From Entomortierella parvispora E1425 (Eukaryota; Fungi; Mortierellomycota), in the NCBI GenBank assembly GCA_020891255.1, contig BQFW01000015.1:1178001-1242000 (forward strand): DNA of 64,000 nt, written 5' to 3'. The translations under genes were made by a program, and so were the position numbers. Within the stretch, counting starts at the first letter, position 1. Each line of letters starts with the position of its first letter. The notes under the pieces are model-generated. The model was not told where the DNA came from. It searched no databases and saw only the letters and a list, made by a program, of their open reading frames with translations. Below, one piece after another: positions 34,788 through 44,550 of the stretch.

Positions 34788-37091
34788 TCATTTTTCAACA
34801 GTCAAAAGGCCAGGTCGATGATCCTCGATCCACTCTCGAACGGCCCTGTTGCCAAAGTTCGGGATGGCCAGCTCCAAAAGACCCGGGAGGGCGGTGTCGA
34901 CTAACCATTGGGCTTCTGCACAAGTCATTGTGTGCTTCAGTCGAGTAATTCGGAGGCTCTCAAGTCGCCGCAAATTGTTCTGTCCTTCCAAAACAATTTT
35001 CAAATCAATCTGAGGACCTCCCAAAGTAAGCTGTTTGAGATGGGTCAATGCCAAAAGCCTCGCCTGGATAAGCTGGTTGCCGTCCGCAGGCTGCCACGGT
35101 TCTTGCTCTTGCTCTTGTGGTCGCAGATGTTGTTGATGAGGAGACAACTGTTTCTGGCGAATCATATCAATGACATTCTTGCTCGGAGTCACCAGGTCTG
35201 GCAAGTGCAAAGTCCGGAGCGTGTTCCTGCAGGCCCATTCTCGCTTCACTACCAGCGGCGAGGCCATGGCAGAACCGAGTGGGGTCAGGACCAAGAGCCG
35301 ATCGAGTATGGACCGCGTCGGTGAGGTTCTCGTCAACGTCGCCAGTGTGGTATTGTCATCAAAGAGCACAGAGGAAAGGCCATTGATGAATCGAAGACTC
35401 AGGAATGAGAGCGCTGCACAGTTGAGAAGCAAACTCTGGATTCCTAGGTCGGTCACGTTCTGGCAAGAGCTCAGATTCAAATGATCCAGGAACGGACAGG
35501 ACCGGGCCAACTCCTCAAGAGTTCCATCCGAAAGAACATTGCCCTTGAGTTCAATCGAGGTCAGATTAGGCAAGGCTCGGAAAAAAGATCCGAAGCCCTC
35601 GCTGGTCAGTTGAATGCATCGACAAAACGAGACTTCGGTCAACTTTGGACACAAATCAGGGATGAGTGTCAGGGTCTCGTCCGACAACTCGCGGCTCCAG
35701 TCCAAAGAAAGCTGTTCTAGCTGTGGACAACGCGTCAAAAGAGCTCGGATAACTGAATCGGGAATATCTCCGCATTCCAAAATCAAAGATTTAAGCGAAG
35801 ACACAGGACGTGGGCGACTGAACGGAGCACAGGCCGGCGAAAGGGAGGGCGGGTCATGCGCCAACGATTTTAGTTGCGCAGACAGCATCGAGGTCGTCGA
35901 AGTCGACTTGACCATGTTGGTGGATGAGAGCGATGGGTCTTCAGTGAGAGATGGAGATTGCTGAGAGTGTTGGTTCAATGAAGATGATACTAGCGGATGA
36001 CCGTTGTTATCTCGAACGTGATTCGGAGTTGTGATAGCGCCACTGTGCCACCTCATGTCTGCATCATTATTGTTATTGTCGGAATCGTCCTGATCCACTT
36101 CTTGGTCCACGATGTAAACTTGCTCAATCAGCACTGCACGGAGCAGAGGGCAAGCCGCCAACATGGGAAAGAGATCTTGTTTGAAAAAATACGGCGACGT
36201 GATTGTGTTGCCCACAAACGATCCATAGAGCTCAAATTCGCGGAGGTTCGAGAGCTTTGTGAGGGGCTGGAAGATATCCTTGAGCAGGACACACGACCGA
36301 AAGCGAACAATCTGCAGAGATTCTTGTCGCTGCTCAAAGAGCTCGGACAGATTCTCGGACGTGTAGCGACCGCCAATCAACTCTAGGACCCTGAGGTTGG
36401 GACAAAGGACGCCGATCAGGGCCATTTCTTGATCCGTTATCCCGGTCCCCTTGAGTTCTTGCACCAGGTGACCATGGCGCACAAGACCCTTCAAGACCTT
36501 GTTACGGCTGGTGTACAAGAACACATGCTGCAAAAGGGTCAACCCCGGAATAAGAGTTGTGGCACTAGTAACAAGAGACGCAGCAGTAACTGGGGAGGGG
36601 ATCAAGGAGGAGGAGGAGGAGGGCGATCCCACGGCAACTGCCGTGGGTATGGCTTTTGCTGCCACTCCCTCGTCGAGAAGGGTCATGTCCAACGATCTAC
36701 CTAGGTTCTCCCCTGTCTTTGGGGGAAAGGAGGCAGCAGAGGACCAGGTTGAAGAACAAGACGAAGGCATGGACGGTAGCGAAGAAGAGTAGGTTGCTGG
36801 GACTGTTCTTCTAGACACGAAATGAAAATCCTCGTCGTCGTCGTCGTCGTCCCCGGCGTGATGTTTGAGCGAGAGCTGCCTCCAGAGCACAGGATTGAAG
36901 ATGGAGTGCCATAGTTTACAGACGCGTGAGGCCTGAGCGAGGGAGACCCTATCGAGATGGCTAGCCATAAGCTGGTCGAGTTCTGGCAGCATGAAGGGGG
37001 ATCGCGCTGAAGAAACTGCAGAAGCCACAGCGGTCACCTCCCGCTGGAAAGGGGACACCTGGGCAAGTGGCCACACGGCAGACGGTTCCAT
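34788..37091 (-). CDS. F-box / leucine-rich-repeat (RNI-like) protein, single exon
   Basis: F-box-like FMLPELDQLMASHLDRVSLAQASRVCKLWHSIFNPVLW and LRRs such as CPQLEQLSLDW, CPKLTEVSF, CPFLDHLNLSSCQNVTD; MEPSAV taken as start rather than the upstream TTG of the ORF track. Confidence 0.88.
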   Translation of the reverse strand: MEPSAVWPLAQVSPFQREVTAVASAVSSARSPFMLPELDQLMASHLDRVSLAQASRVCKLWHSIFNPVLWRQLSLKHHAGDDDDDDEDFHFVSRRTVPATYSSSLPSMPSSCSSTWSSAASFPPKTGENLGRSLDMTLLDEGVAAKAIPTAVAVGSPSSSSSLIPSPVTAASLVTSATTLIPGLTLLQHVFLYTSRNKVLKGLVRHGHLVQELKGTGITDQEMALIGVLCPNLRVLELIGGRYTSENLSELFEQRQESLQIVRFRSCVLLKDIFQPLTKLSNLREFELYGSFVGNTITSPYFFKQDLFPMLAACPLLRAVLIEQVYIVDQEVDQDDSDNNNNDADMRWHSGAITTPNHVRDNNGHPLVSSSLNQHSQQSPSLTEDPSLSSTNMVKSTSTTSMLSAQLKSLAHDPPSLSPACAPFSRPRPVSSLKSLILECGDIPDSVIRALLTRCPQLEQLSLDWSRELSDETLTLIPDLCPKLTEVSFCRCIQLTSEGFGSFFRALPNLTSIELKGNVLSDGTLEELARSCPFLDHLNLSSCQNVTDLGIQSLLLNCAALSFLSLRFINGLSSVLFDDNTTLATLTRTSPTRSILDRLLVLTPLGSAMASPLVVKREWACRNTLRTLHLPDLVTPSKNVIDMIRQKQLSPHQQHLRPQEQEQEPWQPADGNQLIQARLLALTHLKQLTLGGPQIDLKIVLEGQNNLRRLESLRITRLKHTMTCAEAQWLVDTALPGLLELAIPNFGNRAVREWIEDHRPGLLTVEK

Positions 37092-37104
37092 GAGAATTGA
37101 AGGC

Positions 37105-37132
37105 GAATGAATGAATGAATGAATGAATGAAT
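37105..37132. repeat. (GAAT)7 = sense-strand (TTCA)n in F-box gene leader
   Basis: Direct reading; lies 13-14 bp upstream of the ATG. Confidence 0.93.
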
Positions 37133-37914
37133 AGATGAGGGTATGGATGGAATGAAGAGACGAATGCGCGTGGACGACTGAAAGAAGGACCGGGAGGGGA
37201 AGAGATTGACAGGCAAAGAGGCGAAAAGAAAACGAGAGAGGAAAGAGACCAGGGAGACGCACGACGCGAATCCAGTCCAACCAGACTGAGGGACGAACAT
37301 TTTTTTGTTCTGTTCTTCTGCTTATCGCGTTTTGATCTCTTTTCCTGCAAAGAGTCAACGTCAATAATGTGGGGGAAGAGGCCTGGGTGAGAGCACGAAC
37401 CAGCTCTCGGCATCGTGTTCCTGGCTCCTATTTTTGTTCCCCTTCTCCTTTTCCACCTTCTTCCCCGCACACAGCACACAATGCACGGCGATGGAAGACG
37501 AGATAACAATTGTAGGCCCATTGGCCAAAACATGATTCTGTGAACAAACAAGCCTGTAACAACAACAAACAGAGCAGAGAGATAAGGGAAAATAATGCAA
37601 CTGGGACAATCCCACCAGCCTTGTAAAAAAAAAGGTCAAACCGTGGATAGAATGAGAGCGATCGGGCCGCCTATTGATTGCAACAGGACTGGCACAACCT
37701 TGTCCACTTTGTCGACTCTGAATACAGTAGCTCATCGGCGGCAAAACGTTTTCCACGGCATCTCATCTCTCCCCTGAAAGCTACCGTTTGTTGTCGCGTG
37801 TTCCTTTTATTTTGCGTGGAGAAGAAACAACACGCGCCACATGCTTTCCACGTCCCTGCAAGCATGGGGTTTTATTGCAGGGAAAGTCCTTCTTCCTCTC
37901 TCGCATCGTGTTTT

Positions 37915-38800
37915 CTACGAGAAAATATGGCACCTTTTCATATCGTACCCTTCAAACTTTGGTACCACCTTCTCCTTTTGAAGGTGGTCATGGTGTTTGA
38001 ACGCGTCCGATCGACGGTACGCCGCGTAGGCAGGGACCAGATCCACTTTTTCCTTGACCTTCCACAGACCTGGCGCATTCTCGGCATTCAGTGACTCTTC
38101 AGATCCCGGGATGGCCAGAAGGGTATCCATCAGGACGGCAGCCTTGATATCTGCAATCGACCTCTTGTCACCTACAAAATGCCCGTTCCAAACCCCTCCT
38201 TCCTTCCCGGCCTTAGTCTTCAAGTGCTTCTCGCAGTTGTTAATCCAGAATTGGAGCGAGTATTGCAGGAAGGCTTGGGTCACCTCGTCTCGCACCTGAT
38301 CCTTGGCAGGGACGACGCGAAAAATCCAGATGTTGTGAAGGGTGATGGTCTGGTTCAGCAAAATCTCAACCTCGAGTTCCTCCTCGGCTGTGGAGCCAAA
38401 GAAGCCTAACTTCTTGGCCAGGTAGCGTTCAATGACGTCCGCCTCTGGAAACTCGTTTACGGTCTTGCCTTCAGGATCTCGTACAGTCAAGATGGGTAGA
38501 AACCCAAATGGGGTGGAGGCCTTGACTTCTCTCCAGGTCTATATATCCCCGTTCCATGTACAGAGGGAAATTGAGGCGTGTTAGTGAAGAGACACTTGAA
38601 AAGGCGAGAGCAGTGTATGCATGGGGGAGAAGAGCTTCCACAGTCTTTTTACCGCAAATGGCTGAACATTGTCAATCCACTCGACTCCAGAGATTGACAA
38701 GATGGCGCGGGATGTCGCGCCCAGGCCGTGGATGGGGAAATAGCGGAGATCGTAGGTACAGGCGCGAGGATCGGCCCTGGTTGTTGACGGAAGGAGTAAT
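37915..38800 (-). CDS. Glutathione S-transferase (sigma-like); start codon unresolved
   Basis: YDLRYFPIHGLGATSRAIL, splice to TWREVKASTPFGFLPIL, EADVIERYLAKKLG, SIADIKAAV; intron acceptor before 38538. Confidence 0.85.
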
Positions 38801-39215
38801 GGTTGATAGAACGGGAAGTGAGAACAGAACAAACAAAATGCAAAAAAAAAAAAAACTTTTTTTGTGGTGAAGAACCAGGGAATCATTAGAGATGACGACA
38901 ACCCATCCACGCAAGCGCTTGTCTTGTTGACAAGAGAGAGCCCTTCAGAGACTGAGCGAGCGGACTCTGAGAACGCGGCGTGTGCTTTTGCATCCATCTT
39001 GTTTTATTATAGTACGTATTTCATTAGGAAGGACTCGAAGGAAAAGCTGCAGCTCGCAATGCGAGTCATATGGGGGATGATGGACCAGATGGTATGATGG
39101 GTGGATATGCGAGTCTACTTAAAATGGTGAAGAAAAAGAATACATGGGTATAGTACAGATTACTAACTGTGAGTGTGATGGAGCGTCCCTCCATCGGTGG
39201 AGCAAGAGAGCTTTT

Positions 39216-40834
39216 TCAGGTTGCTTTTTTGTTGTCTACGCCTTTCTGAATAGGATAAAGATCAAAGAACATCCGAGCGCCACACTAGAAGGAAAAAAAA
39301 GAAAAGAGTTCTTGGTTAAGGCTGTGGAACTAGACTTGCGTCAACAGGCGACGCGCGTTATGATCTCGTGCCGCAGCTAGTTTCGCGTCGAGTTGCTTGG
39401 TCCTTTAGTCATGTTTTTTTTACCTTGCTCCATGGATCCAAATGAGAGCGAACGTTTCACTAGCGGTGTTATCGCTCAAGATCCGTCTCCGGTAGATGGC
39501 AAAGAAGAGCATCATAAAGCCCATCATGGCTGAGAGACTGCCGCACAGGATCAAGATGGCGCGCATCCGCTGATACGTGGACTTTAGTGTGTTGAGCTGA
39601 CGCTCATTGTCATCACGGTCCGTGTACTCAGAGTCGGCTCCAATCCTGGAAGAAACCCGTCCCACATTGTCGTTGATTGAAGCCATGTTGGAAGAGATGA
39701 TTGTCAAAAGTTGCCTAATAAAAAAACAGTGGGAAGACAGTTAAATATCAGTCCAAAAAAACAATGGGTCATGGTGTTACTGTTGGTCCTTTGTTGAAGG
39801 ACATTAGAGTGATTTGAACATACTTTCCAAAAAAGAGGTAAAGAACAAAAATGATGGCGACAACTAAAGACCAGACGCCATACATGGCCGCAATCAAGCT
39901 GTTGTACAGCTCCAGGTCGTCTCTATCAAAAGCCGCGCCTGCAAACGAGGCCAGGATCTGGTTCGCGATCAAAGGCAAGATGGTCAAGCCCAGCAAGGTA
40001 AAGTTCAGAACCATCGGTGTCGGCAGATAAACGCGCTTGGGTTCCATCATGGACGAGAATCGACCCATGTCATTATTGATTTGAACGACATTGTTGTTGT
40101 TGTAGTTGTCTGTCTGTGTAGACCTTCGCTTCTTACTCGAGAAGCCGTTATGGGTGGAAAACGAAGCTGGTGTGGCGTAGATGATGCCCACGAGATAAAA
40201 TCCCATGGCTCCCGAGACAAAGACCCAGGGCAAGTCAGCCTAGGCCAAATTGAAAATGAGCCGATTTCAAAGAGAGAACAGGGAAGGACAAAGTGTGTGA
40301 GTGAGAAGATAGAGAGTACCGTTCAGATCAAGTTTCATAAGCGGTTATGGGCAGTGCAAATAAAAAGTTGTGGTTAGTTATCCTTACAAAGTTTTCCAAA
40401 AGGCCTCGCTTTCCTTCATTGACGCCCACCAGCAACAGCACAGAGAGAACACACCGGACTATTGACAAGATTTGTTTCAAAGAATGCAGTATTAGCTAGG
40501 GTTAAAAAAAAAAGAACCTGCATACAATTACAATGGTAGAGCCACCTCCCTCTCTATCCTTACAGAAAAAGTATCCGGTGCACCAAAAGACGAACCCTTC
40601 CGTAGGTCGTGGTCGAAAAGCCCGATCGTTTCTTGAAAACTCCCAAATCTTTTGGCCCTTCCACCAAATGTTGTGGATCAAAATTCCGACCGAGATGAAC
40701 AGGAACAGGAAGGAAGAGATGATATGGGTCGTGTACAGGAACGACACATACGTGACACCCATGCAATTTCCCTGACTTTGTACGCGCCAGTCGCAAAACT
40801 CTGTAGAGTTTACAACAGGTTCCATGCTTTCCAT
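39216..40834 (-). CDS. Orphan seven-transmembrane (GPCR-like) protein, five exons
   Basis: Spliced model has seven hydrophobic segments, N-terminal NST sequon and a Cys pair; last exon is the least certain. Confidence 0.65.
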
Positions 40835-40986
40835 TGCGTTCTCTCTCTTTTTTTTTTTGAAGTCAAGCGTTAGGTGGTCTCGTCTTTTTTGATTTTTTTT
40901 TTTTTTGTGAAAAGTTGTTCGAGCACGCGACGGGTTGTGATCAGTTGAACAGGGACGATGTGGAGGTAACGTATCGTTGTCAGGTA

Positions 40987-41016
40987 GGGTCGAGGGGGGT
41001 CGAGGGGGGTCGAGGG
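40987..41016 (+). other. G-quadruplex-forming tandem repeat GGG-TCGA-G6-TCGA-G6-TCGA-GGG
   Basis: Four G runs separated by identical 4-nt loops, about 150 bp upstream of the 7TM ATG. Confidence 0.6.
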
Positions 41017-42697
41017 ATACCGAAACGGGTGCGAGCAGGGCAGTAAGTGGTATAGGTGGTAAGGCGTGGCAAAAGAGGAGAGGCGAAAGGAGGTTACTTT
41101 TTTTTGAAGGACAGGTGAACGGAGATGGGGGCGCAATCAGTTGAGAATCAGGAAGGTGGGGCCAAATAAAAAATAAAAAAAACAAAAAAAAAAAATAGAA
41201 AGGAAAAGGAAAGGAACGGCAGAGAGGGAAAACGAGAAAGAGAGGCGGGGCCATAGGATTGGGTGACCAGTAAATAATGGCGTGTTTGCCACAAGACACA
41301 ATATGGCCCCACGGTGCAAAGATGAAGATGCATGCGATGCAAGCCCAGAGCCGGGACGGTCATTGCCAAAGGTAAAAAAAAAAAGGTATACAAATCCAGG
41401 GCAGTCTTCATCTTTTTACGGAGTCAACGTGAAGGGATGCAGCAGATAATAGTTGCTGGTACGAACGGGGTTCAGTGAGCAAACCACCAAAGGAACGTAA
41501 AAAAAGGAACCAAAAGGGGAAAGAAGGGAGTGTCTGTGTGTCGCCGAAGAGATTGACAGAAGGGGTGGGTTGGGGGGGAGAGGTAGCCATGACAAGGACT
41601 TTGGAAGATACTTCAAACGGACTTTGAGGGGCGCTCGAGGGGAGGGCGACCGACCCGAAGACTGGAGGACAAAAGGAGGACGTGTTAGAGGGAGAGGGAG
41701 AGGGAGACAGAAAGAAGAAAAAACAAGAAGCAGAGAGTCCAGAATGACTGAATGGAATGAGGACGGGGTAGGTCTGTCCAAGGGGTCGCCCCTCTTTCCT
41801 CCCTGACCCAGGAAGGACGTTTGCTGGGACAATTGAAAGCAAAAGAAAAAAAAAGAACGGCCAAGAGTTGTCTGCTTGTCTGCTGTGTGGATTGTGTCTC
41901 TATCATAGCAAACCATGGCGAAACCATTCCTGAAGGGCTAGCCTACACTTTTCTTTTTTATTTTTTTTTCCTTTCTCTTTTCCAAAACCTCAGCATTGGT
42001 GCCTGGACCAGGGGGGAGACAAAGTACAAAAACGGTGGTTGGCAACTGAGCTTGGAGAATGTGCAGATGATCAAGATGCAGGTGTAATGGCATTTTTTTT
42101 TCACTCTAGGTTTCTATCTTTGGTTTTTGCGCTCTTGCATTGACCAACCTTGCGGTGTTGTCTCTTTTTATATCCTCCTGTGGTGTGATCTCTCTTGGAC
42201 CTTTTGTAATGCAGCTCCTCCTCATCTCTCTTAGCACTGGTAGCCAGTTGCCGCTGGACCCGCATGCCCCGCATCGTCAAAGAAGTTGCCGTGGATCGAC
42301 GCGTCGTTGGATCCAACGGAGTTTAAAATCTAGGAGATCAACAATGCCTTTTTTTTTTTTTTTTTTTTTTTACCAATGCGCAGATGCTGTGGCGCGTGGG
42401 TGCCCAGAGGATCAAAGAAGGGGGGATAAGGAGGGGATGGAAGACAGAAAAAAAGTGGGGTGGGGCATGCGTGAGGAAAAACCACCGTCTCCTCACAATA
42501 TCTGGCTTCTGCACCCGATGGACTCTTTTTTTTTTACTTGCCTCTGTTATTATTTTATTGTTGTTTCTCTCTGTAATTTAGTTTTTTCTCAACACTCGTG
42601 GGGACGGCGTCCCTGACGCCGTGGCAGGAGCATTCTCTGAAGATCTTAGACTAGGAAGGCCCATCTCTGATGAGGTGAGTGGGGCGTTCTCGAGGGA

Positions 42698-44221
42698 TCA
42701 TGATCCGAGAGAGCTCATCTCTGACGCGGATGCGACAGCATTCTCGTAGGAGGTCCCGGCTGGCTTGTTTTCGTCGCCGGTGCTGTTGAATGCATCATTG
42801 TTCTCGATTAGCGCCGATTCCGTTGGTTCAGGTATATCGACAAAGCCACCTGTGTGGTTTCTGCCATGTCTCCTCAATAAATAGTCGTAACGGGGGTCCT
42901 CATACTCCTCCCTCAATTTCAACGGCACGTCTCTGTTGTCGGGAACGTATATAAAGGTCGCCTCTTGACGACTAAAGATATCCCGACCTTGTGAAGCCGC
43001 CGCGACAATGTGGGGCACCGTCTTGAACTGGCCCTGGTTGTACTCATGATGGGAAAAGGATTCCACCTTCCGGACCAAGTCTTCTACTTTGGGCAGACAG
43101 AAGGAGCAATGCCAACAACTCTCATGGATTTGAGGGAGCTTCTGATTTTGGCGCGCCATCCTCAAGTGGTTTCCGCCATTGATCCAGTTCCTGTCCATGA
43201 CTTTGCGTAGTTCTTCAAGCTCGGCCTCGGTCTTGATGCCCCGAGCCACATCCTCCTGGTCGCGCGTGGGGTTGAGGCGTGTCGAGTTCTCTTCCCGATA
43301 CCGAAGCAGGACGGGCCCTTCCCGGCCCAGGAAATCGCTTTTGTATTCGTACGAAAATTGAAAGTATTGACACTGCAGTCGAAGAATGTCCTTGTTCTTG
43401 GGGATCACCCAAGGTGCGGCCATAGGGGATGTTCGCACCCCCCTTTGTACTTTTTGCTTTTCCTCGTCGTTCTCCTCCTCCTGTTCCTGCTCTGTGGCTG
43501 CAGTGAGGGCTCGGAGCGCGTCTGCTCTGGGAATCTCATCAATGTCCGAGATGATGATCCAATCGCCCTCCTGGGTCTCGGGATCCTTGAAGAGGGACAA
43601 TAGGGCCTGGTTCCGTTCGTAGACTTCAATCTCCCATCCAGGCCAAAGGAGTCCTTCAGACCGGATCCGGTTTTTTTCCTCATAGGGTATGTTTGGGAGG
43701 ACGATGTGGGTGATTTTGTGCTCATACTGCTTGAACCGGTCCCGGTGCTGCTGAAAGTAGAGTGGCTTGGGTATGCCGGAGAAGGTCTCGTTGGCTTCAA
43801 AGATGAAAAACCGATCCACTACAGAGTCCAGCTCCCGGAAACGGATCTCGATCATGTCCATCTCATCGTTGCAAAGAAAGTGATCGTAAATTTTTGGCCG
43901 TCTTGGGCCATCGATAGACTGTTGTTTTTCTGCCAATGGTGGGGGTGGTGGTGGGGGCCGACTGAGTTCCAAGCGGGTTAGATCCACTTTGTCCTCGAGG
44001 ACCTTGATTTTATCGAGGAGCCTCTCCAGATATTCTTCTTGGTGTTTCTGGTGCTCCTGTGCTTCTTGCCATTGTTTTTGCTGCTCCTGGTCAGCAGAGC
44101 GGTAGGATACTTCGAGAGTGAGCAGGTAGACAGAGAATATACAGAGTACGCAAAAAATAATTGTCATCGTCTGTCGAGAGACAGATGTCTTGGGTAATGG
44201 CGTGTCTCCCTTGCGCACCAT
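42698..44221 (-). CDS. Glycosyltransferase family 17 (MGAT3/GnT-III-like), type II membrane protein, single exon
   Basis: N-terminal TM, KIYDHFLCNDEMDMIEIRFREL..VVD.F.I.EAN.TFSG.PKPL.F, IISDIDEIPR, WHCSFC, SFSHHEYN. Confidence 0.9.
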   Translation of the reverse strand: MVRKGDTPLPKTSVSRQTMTIIFCVLCIFSVYLLTLEVSYRSADQEQQKQWQEAQEHQKHQEEYLERLLDKIKVLEDKVDLTRLELSRPPPPPPPLAEKQQSIDGPRRPKIYDHFLCNDEMDMIEIRFRELDSVVDRFFIFEANETFSGIPKPLYFQQHRDRFKQYEHKITHIVLPNIPYEEKNRIRSEGLLWPGWEIEVYERNQALLSLFKDPETQEGDWIIISDIDEIPRADALRALTAATEQEQEEENDEEKQKVQRGVRTSPMAAPWVIPKNKDILRLQCQYFQFSYEYKSDFLGREGPVLLRYREENSTRLNPTRDQEDVARGIKTEAELEELRKVMDRNWINGGNHLRMARQNQKLPQIHESCWHCSFCLPKVEDLVRKVESFSHHEYNQGQFKTVPHIVAAASQGRDIFSRQEATFIYVPDNRDVPLKLREEYEDPRYDYLLRRHGRNHTGGFVDIPEPTESALIENNDAFNSTGDENKPAGTSYENAVASASEMSSLGS

Positions 44222-44278
44222 GGCTCACAGACAGACAACGCGAACTAAGGGTGGGTGATGTGAGATGACAGGGGACGG

Positions 44279-44306
44279 GAATGAATGAATGAATGAATGA
44301 ATGAAT
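44279..44306. repeat. (GAAT)7 = sense-strand (TTCA)n in GT17 leader
   Basis: Direct reading; about 58 bp upstream of the ATG. Confidence 0.93.
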
Positions 44307-44550
44307 GAGAGAGAAAGAGAGAAAAGAGAGAAAGAGAAAGATGGAGAAGAAGGAGAGGAACCCTGGTATGTTGGTGCCTGATTTCTATTGGTGTTTTTTA
44401 CTTTTCTAATCTCTTTTGTCCCTGTGGGCTGTACACAACACCGGCAGCAGGGCTCAAAGAGGAAACCGTTCGCCACACATATCCCCCTAATTCATCTCCT
44501 CGTGTCATTTTACTTCCTTTTTCCTCTTACAAACAGTGTTGGATCAACAA

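Noticed and set aside
34788-37364. ORF-track 858-aa start for the F-box gene
   Set aside because: The first 91 codons cross promoter microsatellites and low-complexity leader; MEPSAV at 37091 is the plausible start.
42297-42318. Overlapping palindromes CGACGCGTCG and CGTTGGATCCAACG
   Set aside because: A 14-bp palindrome is expected about 4 times by chance in 64 kb (64000/4^7); no context supports function.
42604-42622. 8-bp hairpin ACGGCGTC-CCT-GACGCCGT in the GT17 3' region
   Set aside because: Within chance expectation; no SECIS-type AUGA/AA/GA core and no in-frame Sec codon context.
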